Part shown: one piece after another, positions 53,301-64,000 of the stretch
How the letters are laid out: each line of letters starts with the position of its first letter
Numbering within the stretch: the first letter of the stretch is position 1
Source of the DNA: Macrostomum lignano
Lineage: Eukaryota
Length of the DNA stretch: 64,000 nt
Assembly (NCBI GenBank): GCA_002269645.1
Contig: NIVC01002421.1
Span: 62,001 to 126,000, forward strand
Direction of reading: 5' to 3'
Notes under the pieces: model-generated
The model's database searches: none
What the model was told of the DNA's origin: nothing
The model's input: the letters and a program-made list of their open reading frames with translations, nothing else
Translations under genes and position numbers: made by a program

Positions 53301-54605
53301 CATGTATCATTGCAGCGTGTATGCAGGAAAAAAAGAATTTTCCAAATCGCTTCAGTAGAAGCTGAGTAAAATGCAATTTTCCAATCCTTATGGGAATTCC
53401 AATGTGTTACCCGGCTTCCAAATCAGATGCTTACTGTATGCTTATTAAGCGACGAAGAACAATGAAATTACACTAAAACATGTATCATTGCGGCGTGTAT
53501 GCAGGAAAAAAAGAATTTTCCAAATCGCTTTAGTAGAAGCTGAGTAAAATGCAATTTTCCAATCCTTATAGGAATTCCAATGTGTTACCCGGCTTCCAAA
53601 TCAGATGCTTACTGTATGCTCATTAAGCGACGAAGAACAATGAAATTACACTAAAACATGTATCATCGCGCCATGTATGCAAGAAAAAAAAAGAATTTTC
53701 CAAATCGCTTTAGTAGAAGCTGAGTAAAATGCAATTTTCCAATCCTTACGGGAATTTGCATGTTTAAATAATAAACTTACGTTGAATACAATTTATTGCA
53801 AATGAACTCTACAAAATACACGTTGTCAAGAGTAACGAAAGTGATAAACAAATAAACCCTTGAAAATAATGTTAAATATGTTGTAGAATTATAGAGTGAA
53901 ACATTATAAGATAGTTAAAGTTAATAAAATACATTATTATAGCTTTTCTATCATTTTCATTAGACTCATTTTAGGTCGTAATTAAACCTACTGTTTTAAC
54001 AAATCATTTTATTAAAAATAAAGCTATACAAAAATAATTTGTGCTTTAATAGACTTTTTTACCTTTTAAAAACTTGAATAAATTTATTTTATACTATAGC
54101 TTTATTGCTTTCAAATTGCCAAAAAAACAAATTTTCATAAAACTTGCCCCTGATTTTTGGATTTCACCATAAACTTAAACCAAAGCCAAAGGCAAAGAAT
54201 TGGAAAAAAATCAATAATTTTTATTCAAAAAATGATCACTCCTTTTTATCTAAAACAATGAAGAATCTCAAAACAGGTTTTAAGATTCTGTCAAATTTAT
54301 TAGGACTATACTACAAAAGAGTAAAATATAAAGTTAAGTGAATATATCTAGTCGATTCTAGATTTATATAGTAATTGTCTAATCATAATGCAATTAATTT
54401 AAAACATAAAAATATATTAACAAACAGTTGCTAAAAATTGAGCAATTATATGGTAGATTACCTTATAAACGTGGCCATAAGTTCCACTTCCTATCTCTTT
54501 TATGTTTTCATAAAACTCCCATGGGTCATTTCCATTTATAATTTTATGTAGCTGAGGATGCTTCTGCAAAATAAGTTCTCTTGGAAAGATCTTTTGGGCA
54601 TTCAT
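41383..54605 (-). CDS. MAP4K3: GCK-I family MAP4K (MAP4K3/5-like) with C-terminal citron-homology (CNH) domain; exons 54462-54605, 51292-51440, 50375-50693, 49157-49507, 47735-48057, 44630-44743, 44506-44533, 43682-44209, 42876-43268, 41383-41754 (906 aa)
   Basis: [54 protein letters not shown] and Pro-rich linker. The CNH region ([11 protein letters not shown]...; [16 protein letters not shown]...RRPADDP) resembles the MAP4K3/5 C-terminus. The exon chain is GT-AG and phase-consistent (2721 nt); linker exons are less certain and the paralogue is not resolvable. Confidence 0.9.
41795..42805. repeat. Complex G-rich minisatellite built from 11-nt modules GCGGATTGTAG / GCGGATTCTGG, in the last MAP4K intron
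   Basis: Direct. Confidence 0.92.
43280..43560. repeat. Minisatellite, 12-bp unit GGTGGGTCAG(C/T)T, intronic
   Basis: Direct. Confidence 0.9.
44240..44470. repeat. Minisatellite, 17/21-bp unit GGGTCAGACTGA(CTGA)TTGGT, intronic
   Basis: Direct. Confidence 0.88.
45140..46525. repeat. Minisatellite, 21-bp unit GGATTTCCAATGGCTGAGTTG, intronic
   Basis: Direct; the stop-free 21-mer explains the three ~500-aa ORFs. Confidence 0.96.
46995..47605. repeat. Minisatellite, 21-bp unit TAGCAACCGAGCTATTTACCC, intronic
   Basis: Direct. Confidence 0.93.
48075..49145. repeat. Minisatellite, 24-bp unit GGGTCATTCCAATAGGTCAGCGAT grading into a 33-bp related unit, intronic
   Basis: Direct. Confidence 0.95.
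49565..50350. repeat. Minisatellite, 22-23-bp unit GGGGTTGCCAATTCCAGTGTCA, intronic
   Basis: Direct. Confidence 0.95.
50760..51235. repeat. Minisatellite, 33-34-bp unit CAGGGATCGGGGTGTCAGATTGTTTGACACATTG, intronic
   Basis: Direct. Confidence 0.92.
53050..53760. repeat. ~178-bp AT-rich tandem repeat, 4 copies, in MAP4K intron 1
   Basis: Anchor ACCCGGC recurs at 53055, 53231, 53409 and 53587 (periods 176, 178, 178). Confidence 0.92.
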
Positions 54606-55559
54606 AGCATGGCGTTCCGAAATTTGGGATCAAATAAAATTTAATCTAAAAAATTGCAATTGGGAAGCAAATTAATAAAAAAGCTGTATCTGCAACGGCA
54701 ACTACAATGCAAGGACTTATTAGCAATTATTAAAATTATTAATTTGTTGGCATCGGAACTTCAGTTCATTGTGAAAATGTAGTAACAAAATAACTGATTG
54801 CCTCTATTCAAGGAAGAATATAGAAAACGTAGAGTAATAAAACAACTAATCGCTAAGATATCAATGACCCCATGCCATTCAGCAAAAAAGGACTTCGCAC
54901 ACTCCTAATATTGACTGACTGAGTATGTCATCTTTAAGATGTTTCAGGTTCTAAGAAACAGCATTTATTCAAAAAAATAATAGTACCAGTTGTTTGTAAA
55001 AACAAAAAAACAAAGACAGTTGCAATTGCAAAAAGGGACAATAAAACTTTAAAGCAATATATTTGTTAAAAGCATTATCTAAAAAGCATACTATAGGCCT
55101 ACTTTGGTGACTTAACTTTTTTGGTCAATCTGGTCAATTTGGTCAATTTGCCCTAAACAACTCATGAGTCGTTTTTTGTTGGCTTCATCTGCGCCCTGGG
55201 CATTCCGGCCACCGTCTGTCCAAATAATAATCACTTACTCTAAAATGTTTTCTTTTTAATCAGAACGACTAACATATTTATTTGATGTCCATGCATATAT
55301 ACATGCAAGTTTCCATTGATTTGAGTATAAGGACATTCGATCGCCAACTTTATTTTTAGTACAAATGTGTGATTTCACTTGTATTTTAAAAATAATAATT
55401 AATATTAATAACTTAATATTAATTGATGAATGATCACACCTGTCCTATGGGCAGATGTGTAACCGACAGCTCAGCCGCAGCTATTGCGCGGCGCATCTGA
55501 AGGCTGCGTACGGCTGTTCAGTCCAACGATTGGGGTTCGCCACTCAACTCTTAATTACC

Positions 55560-56345
55560 CCAGCTAATACAGGTACCCATTTTACAGCTGGGTGAACTTA
55601 ATTGTACCTTCTGCTGTTCGATAAGTATACAATAAGCTCTTCATAAACTACGAGTGACCACAACAACTTTTTCTGAATACTTAGCATACACTTCGATTGC
55701 ACCACGCCGACTGTGAGCACTGCACCAGACAATACGGGCTGCCGGTGTGAGCATATTCATTTTATTTGTCCACCAAACAGCAGAATGCTCATTGCAAGTG
55801 TAGAAACCAAATAGATATAATCACGATACAATATACAAAACCATTTTCTGCAGAATAGCTCCAGCTGACTGCGCACACTGTTTGGAGTTGCACATTAAAA
55901 AGTCGCTCAAAACGTAGAGAAGAAACGAAGGTTTAACATGTAGCCAGGCAATAATAGTAAGGCGTGAGTAGAACAGGAAAAGTGCAAAGATAAATTAATG
56001 TCTGTACGCGGCATCCGAGTACATGTAGCACGCATTCGCGGTGCAGAGGGTACGAAGTGCTTGAAAATACATGATAAAATATAAAGGAAACAGCTGTATA
56101 CAATTGTTGAACAGGATAGATAGGTTGCGCACACCAGAAGGTGGTTTAAAAGACAATAATTCAGAAACCGAGCTTAGAGTTGAAGTGACTAATTCTCCTC
56201 GGGTTGCATGGAACCAAACGGACGAGCGCAGGCACACTGCATTCAGCAATGTTATCTGAATTCTTGCCCAAGGACCACTAAAGCATAACAGGATGTAAAA
56301 CTCAAAGATCGTGTAATCTGGGCCGTGAAGATTATTACCACTCCT
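55560..56345 (+). mobile_element. Possible SINE remnant split by a ~650-bp insertion (halves 55560-55598 and 56244-56345)
   Basis: CAGGTACCCATTTTACAGCTGGGTGAACT and AGCAATG...TTCTTGCCCAAGGAC resemble, from memory, consecutive parts of the central domain of invertebrate CORE-like SINEs. Not verified by search. Confidence 0.3.
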
Positions 56346-56386
56346 TTAATTTAGCATTAATATGTTACTCTGTTGTATTTTATATA

Positions 56387-57183
56387 CGAGGGGTGTCCCA
56401 GAAGTAGTCACTTTTGCTTGCTTCCACAAGTATTGCTTTTGTCAGCCTAACTGAGAACAAAGCCACCCAAAATGAGAATCCTGCCTACGCTGACTGCGAA
56501 GGGCCCGGCTGCGTGCAGCCCTAGTCTATGGGCCATAGACAATAAAGGACAAGCAAAGTGATAAAAAGCCATCCAATGTGAGAATCGATTGGTCTTTTTA
56601 AAACTTTGCTTGTCCTTTACAGTCTATGGCTCATAGACTAGGCTGGACGCAGCCAGGCCCTTCGCATTCAGCGTAGGCAGGATTCTCACTTTGGATGGCC
56701 TTATTCTCAGTTAGGCTGACAAAACCAATATTAATGAGTGTTTAAAAAATCATATGCCTTAAAAGTTGGCGGCTTATCTCAGCTTTCATGCCACGAAAGT
56801 CCGATTTTTATAAGTGCTTCCTGCTGTAAGCAGCATGCATTTGCTCGCATACCCTTGGCCATAGAAATACACATCGCATAGTGCTGAGCTGATCAAGCAC
56901 AGAGTTGCAAGACAGCATCTGAAAGATTTGTTCCAGTCATGGACCCTAACATTTGGGTAAGTTGGCAACACACTGCCGGCCAGCCTCGAACTGTTCGATC
57001 CACCTGTAAACTGTTCGTCGACTGATGGCATCTGGAATCGGGACCGTGAATGTGGGTCAGGTTTTCGTGAATTTCAGGGCATTTCTGACCAAGAGACGAA
57101 GACTACAAAGTGTAAAAAATTGCGTGTCTGCGCCCTTCTGTAGAGTGAATGTTAGGGTCCATGACTCTGAGGGACACCCCTCG
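56387..57183. mobile_element. Tc1/mariner-type MITE, 13-bp TIR CGAGGGGTGTCCC, TA target duplication
   Basis: TA|CGAGGGGTGTCCC...GGGACACCCCTCG|TA; no coding capacity. Confidence 0.75.
56433..56728. mobile_element. Hairpin MITE nested in the mariner-type MITE: ~127-bp inverted arms, 43-nt loop, flanked by TA
   Basis: Arm TTGCTTTTGTCAGCCTAACTGAGAA...GGACAAGCAAAGT (to 56559) is mirrored from 56603 (ACTTTGCTTGTCC...TTCTCAGTTAGGCTGACAAAACCAA). Confidence 0.75.
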
Positions 57184-58594
57184 TAGTTGTGTAGTAAAGA
57201 TTTCATTTTCATATTGTTTTCTTTCCATTCCATAAGCCCAAGCTAAAGTACGAGTAGTGAATGCTCACAAGCGATTTTTTGGCTTTCCCTTCCTTGTTCC
57301 TTTCTGCATGCATGTATTCTTAAAAGCCATTATTGTAGGTACAATATCATTTAAATGTATGTTATTAGCCATTTCTAGACCTGCCTAAATAATTAAATGT
57401 AGAAATTATTTTACCAAATATCCTTATATTTTCATGAAGTTATGAATTTTAAAGCCAAGGCCTAAACATTAGTTAGGATTACCTACATACAAAAGTATTC
57501 TTAAAATATATTGCCTACTTGCTTCAAGAATTAACAAAGCATTACAATTCACTTGTGAGTATTTATAACTTAAGCTTAGTCTGATGAAATAAAACGAAAA
57601 TGGTATGAAAATGAAACCATCACTGCATGCACAACTATATAAAATACAACAGAGTAACGTGTTGTGTATGCAAAATTGAGACAATGGTAATCTTCACTGG
57701 CCCAGATCAAATGCAATCATTGATTTTGTGATGAAAAATGTTTCAGTTTTACGTTGTTATACTACAGTGGTCCTTGGTCTTGACGTGTATATATTTACAG
57801 CAGGTTTAACTTTTCAGTCAACTCGGCGTAAAAAAGATCGTCAAAGTTTTCAGAAATTCGAACCTGGAAATTCGGATTTGTTTAAATTCAATGTTCGATG
57901 CTATCTTAAAAAAGACAACAGTCCAATATTTGATTCAAACAAATCCGTGCCCGCCTCTCTCCGATTCGATCAACCCTGTTGATAAAAGCGATTAAAAGAT
58001 CAAAAGAAACATAGCACACGGCAAATACTGAAAGGTGAAAGAGAACAAACAAAAAAGAGGTAAGCATACACAAATGTAGAAGGAAATAGGCTGAAGGCTT
58101 AAACAAGATACAAGATTTAATTGCCACAGTTTTAGATGTCGCCAATTTATCACAACTGTATATAATGCGACTGTTAAATCCAAAAAGGGCACTAGAAAGT
58201 TTTGTAATTCTAATCTTATTGTAGAAAATGTGGATTTCTAATAAAAGCTCGCCGCTCTAAAGCTAATATAGCAACAGAAAAACTTAAAAACATTGCTGAC
58301 TATAACAAAAGCAAACAAGCAAATAGAAAACTCTCCCGCTTATCAGCAGTACGCGTATTGCAACCAGGGTAACACGGCTTGGCACTGGCTTAAAAGTGCT
58401 ACTTCAGAATCGCCCGAGCAGGGCCCGGTTCCGAGTTAACGCAGCTTACAAAACGATGCAAAAACAGAATTCTGAAATAAAAATTGCACGAGACGAAGCC
58501 TGCTATTGCACTGTTCCGATTAAACATTAACAAATTTATAAATGTGGAGCTCAAAAATTACTACAAAATGTTGAAAATTACTATGCATTCATGA

Positions 58595-58940
58595 TTCGCT
58601 TTGATTAGCAATCCATTCTATTCCTGCACCCATGATAGGATAGATTAGCAATCCATTCTATTCCTGCACCCATGATAGGCTAGATTAGCAATCCATTCTA
58701 TTCCTGCACCCATGATAGGCTAGATTAGCAATCCATTCTATTCCTGCATCCATGATAGGCTAGATTAGCAATCCATTCTATTCCTGCATCCATGATAGGC
58801 TAGATTAGCAATCCATTCTATTCCTGCATCCATAATAGGCTAGATTAGCAATACATTCTATTCCTGCACCCATGATAGGCTAGATTAGCAATCCATTCTA
58901 TTCCTGCACCCATGATAGGCTAGATTAGCAATCCATGCTA
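58595..58940. repeat. Minisatellite, 40-bp unit GATTAGCAATCCATTCTATTCCTGCACCCATGATAGGCTA
   Basis: Direct, ~8.5 copies. Confidence 0.95.
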
Positions 58941-59231
58941 TTATGAACCCTCGAATTTCTTATCCACAATCGTAGAGCTGTAAAGTCCTTAGAATCTGGT
59001 TTAAATAATTCAGTACCAGAGCCGCAAGCGTTAGCAACCAATCTGAAATTCAGAGCGGCCTGGCAAACTGCATCTGATTTACAAGTCAATCGCGAATCGA
59101 TAAAAAAACTCCAGATGGCTCCGGCCAGTTGAAAAGCGCTGCGCTTGTTTACAGATAAGCGCCGCCAGATTAGAGAGGGGGAGTGACAGAGTGAGAGATA
59201 AGCCGCTGAAGCACCGGAGGCTCAGCGCAGC

Positions 59232-60090
59232 TCAGGCCAAGCCCTTGAACGAATTCGAAGCTCTGGGGGTGGCCGCCGCCGGCCCGGCGAACCACCAGCT
59301 GTGCACGTCTAGCGGATACGAGCTGTCGTCGTCGTCGTGGAATGTCGAGGACACGTCCACGGAGCAGACGGGCAGCCAGCCGCGCCGCATGAAGAGGTCC
59401 AGCACGCACAGCATCAGCTGCCTGCCGTGGCCGGCCATGCCGCTCTTGCCGCTGCCCCAAGGCGACTGGCGCAGCCGCAGCTCCAAGTAAGACGGCCGCT
59501 CGCGAGTCTCCTCCACGCCGAACTGGTAGCTCTGCTTCACCAGCTCCGTGGTGGCCTGCTGAAGGTCCGACGGCACCTGCAGCAGCCACAGCCGGTTGGC
59601 GCTGACCGGAGCCACGCAGCAGTGCGGCCGCTCCTCGCAGGGACCGCGCACGAACACCAGCGTGGCCTGAGGGGCGCGGGAGCGTTGGGAAAATATGATC
59701 CTCCCAGGGAAGTTCCACAATCCCCAAAGTTTTCAACCCCAAATGAACCCTAAAACTTCACAATCTCCTACGTTACAATCCCAAAACTCCTTTGAAAGAA
59801 CCCCAGGCACTCTACGCTCTGCAGCTCTCACCTTGTCGTTGGACCGGCGAGCCAGCTCGACAGCGCTCAGCAGTCGCCAGCCCTTGCTGCGCAGGGCGGC
59901 CAGCAGCCCCATCACCAGCAGCCTGGCGTGCGCGCTCTCCTCCCCGATGCAGTACCACGGGCTGCCCTTCAGCTGCAGCGCCATGAAGCTGCAGTCAGCG
60001 CTGCCGCCCGTGACACCGCTGCGGGACACTCCCGGCCGCCACAGCTGCGACACCTTTGAGGAGGGAGGGGCAAGGGTTAGAGACAGGTGG

Positions 60091-60137
<47 letters not shown>

Positions 60138-61715
60138 CCTTATGAATGATGTACTCCTGTGTGTTAGTCTGCGCGCCAATCACAGTCAGCATATCTTTGC
60201 CCTTCAGGCTAACAGCGAACGTCTGGTTGGTGAGGAACGGCTGCGGCAGCTCAACCTTCTCAGCCACGTGCTGGAAGAACAGGCAGCAGTCGGTGTCCTT
60301 GGTGTGCGTGGCCAGCAGCAGCTGCCAGCCGAGGCCGGTGGCTTCCCGGACGATCTGCACCAGCAGCTGCCGAGCCCTGGCTGACACGTCACCGATGACG
60401 GCAGTCCAGGGCGCGCCGTCCAGCTCGAACTGGTAGCAGCCCTCCGTGCAGATGCGGCAGTTGGGCCACAGAGCCTGCGGCCAGGTGAATGTTTAATGGC
60501 AATGAGTACAGAGTCACTGGCGACTAGGGGGACTTGGGAGTTCCTAGAAGAAGCGGTTGACCCACTGAGGAGATCAGGATGAAGCGGTTGACCCACTGAG
60601 GAGATCAGGATGAAGCGGTTGATCCACTGAGGAGATCAGGATGAAGCGGTTGATCCACTGAGGAGATCAGGATGAAGCGGTTGATCCACTGAGGAGATCA
60701 GGATGAAGCGGTTGATCCACTGAGGAGATCAGGATGAAGCGGTTGATCCACTGAGGAGATCAGGATGAAGCGATTGATCCACTGAGGAGATCAAGATGAA
60801 GCGGTTGATCCACTAAGAAGCTCAAGATGAACCGGTTAACCCACCGAGAAGCTCAAGATGAAGCGGTTGAACCATGCACTGAGGAGATCAGGATGAAGCG
60901 GTTGACACCCACTGAAGAGATCAGGATGAAGTGCATGGTTTACCCATGCACTGAGGAGATCAGGATGAAGCGGTTGACCCACTAAGAAGCTCAAGATGAA
61001 ACGGTTGACCCACTGAGGAGATCAGGATGAAGCGGTTGACCCATGCACTGAGGAGCTCAGGATGAAGCGGTTGAGCCACTGATGAGCTCAAAACTTTGAA
61101 GCGACCATTCGAAGAATTTAGAACAGCAGAGCACCAGAATGGGAAACACAGACGCCAAACCAGAGCTGGGGAGCTGCATCAATCAGAGCAGGCCAGATGA
61201 CTTGCCTGGACGCAGCGTTGGATGGCCTGAATCAGCGGGTTGTCGCATTCGATAAGCTGCAGCAGGCAGCCGTCACTGAATGCCACGCAGGCGACCGGAC
61301 CGTCGCACGGAGGAGCGGCGGATGCGGCAGCGGCGGCACCGGCCGCTGAGCCGGTGGCGAAGCACAGCGAGGATACCTCGTACTTGCGACAGAGGTCGGT
61401 GGCCACCACAGGCTGGAAGCCGGTCGACAGCAGGTGGCGCAGCAGGACACAGAGAAGCCGCTTGGCGGCCACGCCGGCCTCCTGGCCGCTGTCGGCGTGG
61501 AACGGCGCATCGTTGAGGTGGAAGATGCGCAGGTCGTGCGGGTAGGCGGACTCGTGCTTGACGCCATTGTCATACTCTTTGTTGACGAGGCTGTTCAGCT
61601 GCCGGCCCAGCTCGCTGCCCGCGTTCAGCACCAACAGCTGATTGGATGAGCGCATGGTGATGGAGAACAGACTCTCGGGAGTTGATCGAATGGGCGCGCT
61701 CAGTTCGTTGCCCAT
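59232..61715 (-). CDS. Uncharacterised four-repeat protein (~500 aa), probable N-myristoylation; exons 61206-61715, 60139-60474, 59832-60053, 59232-59666
   Basis: GC3-rich, stop-free exons join in phase 0 (first intron GC-AG, the others GT-AG). The N-terminus MGNELS fits MGxxxS. Four ~100-115-aa repeats share LxxxP[WF]...[AG][RK]xL[LM]...G[WF]x[LP][LV]. Confidence 0.8.
60090..60136. repeat. Short (CAGA)n tract filling an 85-nt intron
   Basis: Direct. Confidence 0.9.
60545..61090. repeat. Minisatellite, 31-bp unit ACTGAGGAGATCAGGATGAAGCGGTTGATCC, in the GC-AG intron
   Basis: Direct. Confidence 0.93.
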
Positions 61716-64000
61716 TTGTCAGCTGCAGTGGTTCAGGTTCAAGTCTTTTTGAAGAATTTGACATCTATCTGACAAAGCAACTAAATGGCATGTCACTGAT
61801 GGTCATTCAGAGTCTTTTCACGAATTGTCTATACTGGTTTGGCATTAAAAAGAGCACCAATCTTTAAATTTGTTAGCAATGTATTAGAGAAGCTCTTGCA
61901 TGTCTATATAGGCCCTATAGTGAAGAGTATAGAAAATAAACTAAAAGTTCAGTTTCAGAATTTTTATGTATTTTTTTTTTTAAAAAGCTTTCACTTTTCT
62001 AATCTATATACTAAAAATGGTCTGTCTGTGCTTATACATCTATGTGATTAGTTAGAGAAAAAAAGCCCTCAACCGATTTTCTTCAAACATCCCTAAAAAT
62101 TATGAGTATATTAGTGAAAATACAAAAATTCAATACTTTGCCTACAAGCCTGCAGGCATTCATTGCATACTGCGTTAATTTGAAAGTTTTTTTACATAAT
62201 TTAATTTACATGCATAATTTACATAAAGCCTAAAGAAAATGTTAGAGAAAAAGTGATAGTTTTCATAGAAGAAACATTTTCAGGTAAAAAAATATGTATT
62301 GCTTTCTAAAATATTTTAAAATCACATTCCTCTAGCTGCACCACAAAAGCATAATACGTGTAACACATATGACATAGAAAGGAGCCTTTTGCAATAGAAT
62401 TTTACTAATTGACATTACATGCAAAAACTTGTTACAATTTTGATGGTGAGTAGCTTCTCTATAGAGATATACTAGGCCTATTTTTAGATTTTTTGAAGTA
62501 CAATGCTGCTGGTAATAAAAATTGATCTAAATAGAAAAGTATAGACTGAAGTTTTATAAAAGCACTTGAAAAATTAAGCACACAAAACACATTGATAAAC
62601 CCACGACATAGAAAACCAGGCTCCACTAGCTAAACTGTAGGGTTAGAATAGTTAAACAGCCGCTAAAAATATCTCGTCGATTTTTACGAAATCAAATATA
62701 TTTTATTGATAATATCAAGGCTAGCAGAACTTTTTAAAATATATGCTTCTTATTATAGTCCTAATAGTTAATGTTAACGCTTAGTTATTTATTTAAAAAA
62801 GTCTGAAGCACGTTGTATTTTCTTTAGACTTTCTTAATCTTGCTTTAATATCGTTATTCAAAAAAGCTTCTTTTTGTTATTTAAACTTCTCTCATTGCTC
62901 ACTGCAGTTCTTCTTGCTTCGCTGGACACGATTAGCCTGACTTTAGTGGGTACTGTATTTTATATTGTATTGTTATTGGGATCATACTTTAAAATTAGTA
63001 TTTTAGTGAGATATTATGCACAATTGATTTATTATTACTGTTTTGAAATAGGCCGATTAATATTAATTTTATTTTGCAATTGCCTTTTTAGTGACTACAC
63101 TAGTCAAGAACACTAGTCATTATTACTCCCAAATACTCGTCTACCTTCTTATTTAAATTTTTCTTCTGTATTTAAAAAAAACTGACAACTATCTTAGACC
63201 AGTACAAGAATCATGTTAATTAAGGAATAGTAAGTAATTTTTTAATTTGTTTTTGTCTTGATTGTACTAGACATATTCCTAATCTGCATGTGATTGACAT
63301 TGGCTTTATTTAATCTTTTATGCTTTTTAGTATCATGTCTAAAAATTTGCCACAAATAAAGTTTTTTTTCCTAAAAATCATTAAGTAGAACTTTTTATTA
63401 GGCCTTAGTTTTAATCAATGCTTAATTGGAATAAGCATTATCTAACTAAAAATTTGAGTAATATAAGTTAAAAAATATTTAAAGGCAGTTGTTATTGTTA
63501 AAAGGACCATAAATAGCAAGGTGGTTATTTTTATGGTCAGCATATAAAACAAATATTATCTAAATTAAATAACAAACTTGCAATGCAAATAAAATAATAA
63601 AAGATAATTAAATTTTTAAAAACAAGAAACATTTTTTTCGATTTGAAAATGACAAAATTACAAATTTATCTATGATTTATTTATGACATTAATGGTAGAA
63701 CTACCAAGAAGGGGAGTTCAACAATTTTTTTGCTGCACTAGAGTAGAGCAACACAGGCGCATGAAATTCAAGAACACGAGTTAAGTTTTTGTTGTACACC
63801 TTTTCAAACAAGAATCAAGTTGCCAGCCCTCCAGACCATCAATATATTTGATGATTCTGCCAGGTTGGATTTTTCCTTTAAGCACCAGTGTATTTAGTAT
63901 ATCCCCTGGGTTTTTTTCACCAGAGACAAGGTGCGAAATCGCACCTTGTGCCAAATTTCAAGGTGCAATTTTAAGGCTCAGAGTGCAATTTCTCTTGAGT

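Noticed and set aside
56269-57776. Possible 1.5-kb P-like element (CAAGGACCACT...AGTGGTCCTTG, flanks TTCTTGCC/GTCTTGAC matching 6 of 8)
   Set aside because: The left end is equally explained by the SINE-like motif TCTTGCCCAAGGAC and the TSD is imperfect; left unresolved.
62874-63116. Hydrophobic 80-aa ORF (and similar ones at 10535-11079 and 34973-35449)
   Set aside because: TTG start or low-complexity T-rich DNA yields spurious hydrophobic translations; no splice or codon support.
63926-63949. 10-bp stem, 4-nt loop (ACAAGGTGCG AAAT CGCACCTTGT)
   Set aside because: Isolated hairpin near the window edge, probably part of a truncated MITE end; not a terminator or RNA gene that I can support.

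Overview
Eukaryotic (metazoan) genomic DNA with spliceosomal introns. Very GC-rich exons, a minisatellite in most introns and AT-rich spacers resemble the flatworm Macrostomum lignano (inference from composition only). Seven protein-coding genes were reconstructed by hand from splice sites. On the minus strand is a tight trio, GFER/ERV1 - ATP5IF1 - PGLS, each with a splice acceptor just upstream of its ATG (candidate trans-spliced operon). The others are MAPK15/ERK7 (+, 7 exons), an orphan 134-aa single-pass membrane protein (+), a GCK-I MAP4K with CNH domain (-, 10 exons) and an uncharacterised ~500-aa, probably myristoylated four-repeat protein (-, with a GC-AG intron). A 3.64-kb P-superfamily transposon (bipartite TIRs, 8-bp TSD) sits inside a minisatellite and encodes a spliced, in-frame but internally deleted THAP-transposase. 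There are also nested MITEs, a fold-back-like 3.8-kb inverted repeat, sharply bounded CpG-free domains and about 35 tandem arrays. The long ORFs in the supplied track that lie in arrays are artefacts. All exon models are manual predictions without transcript evidence.
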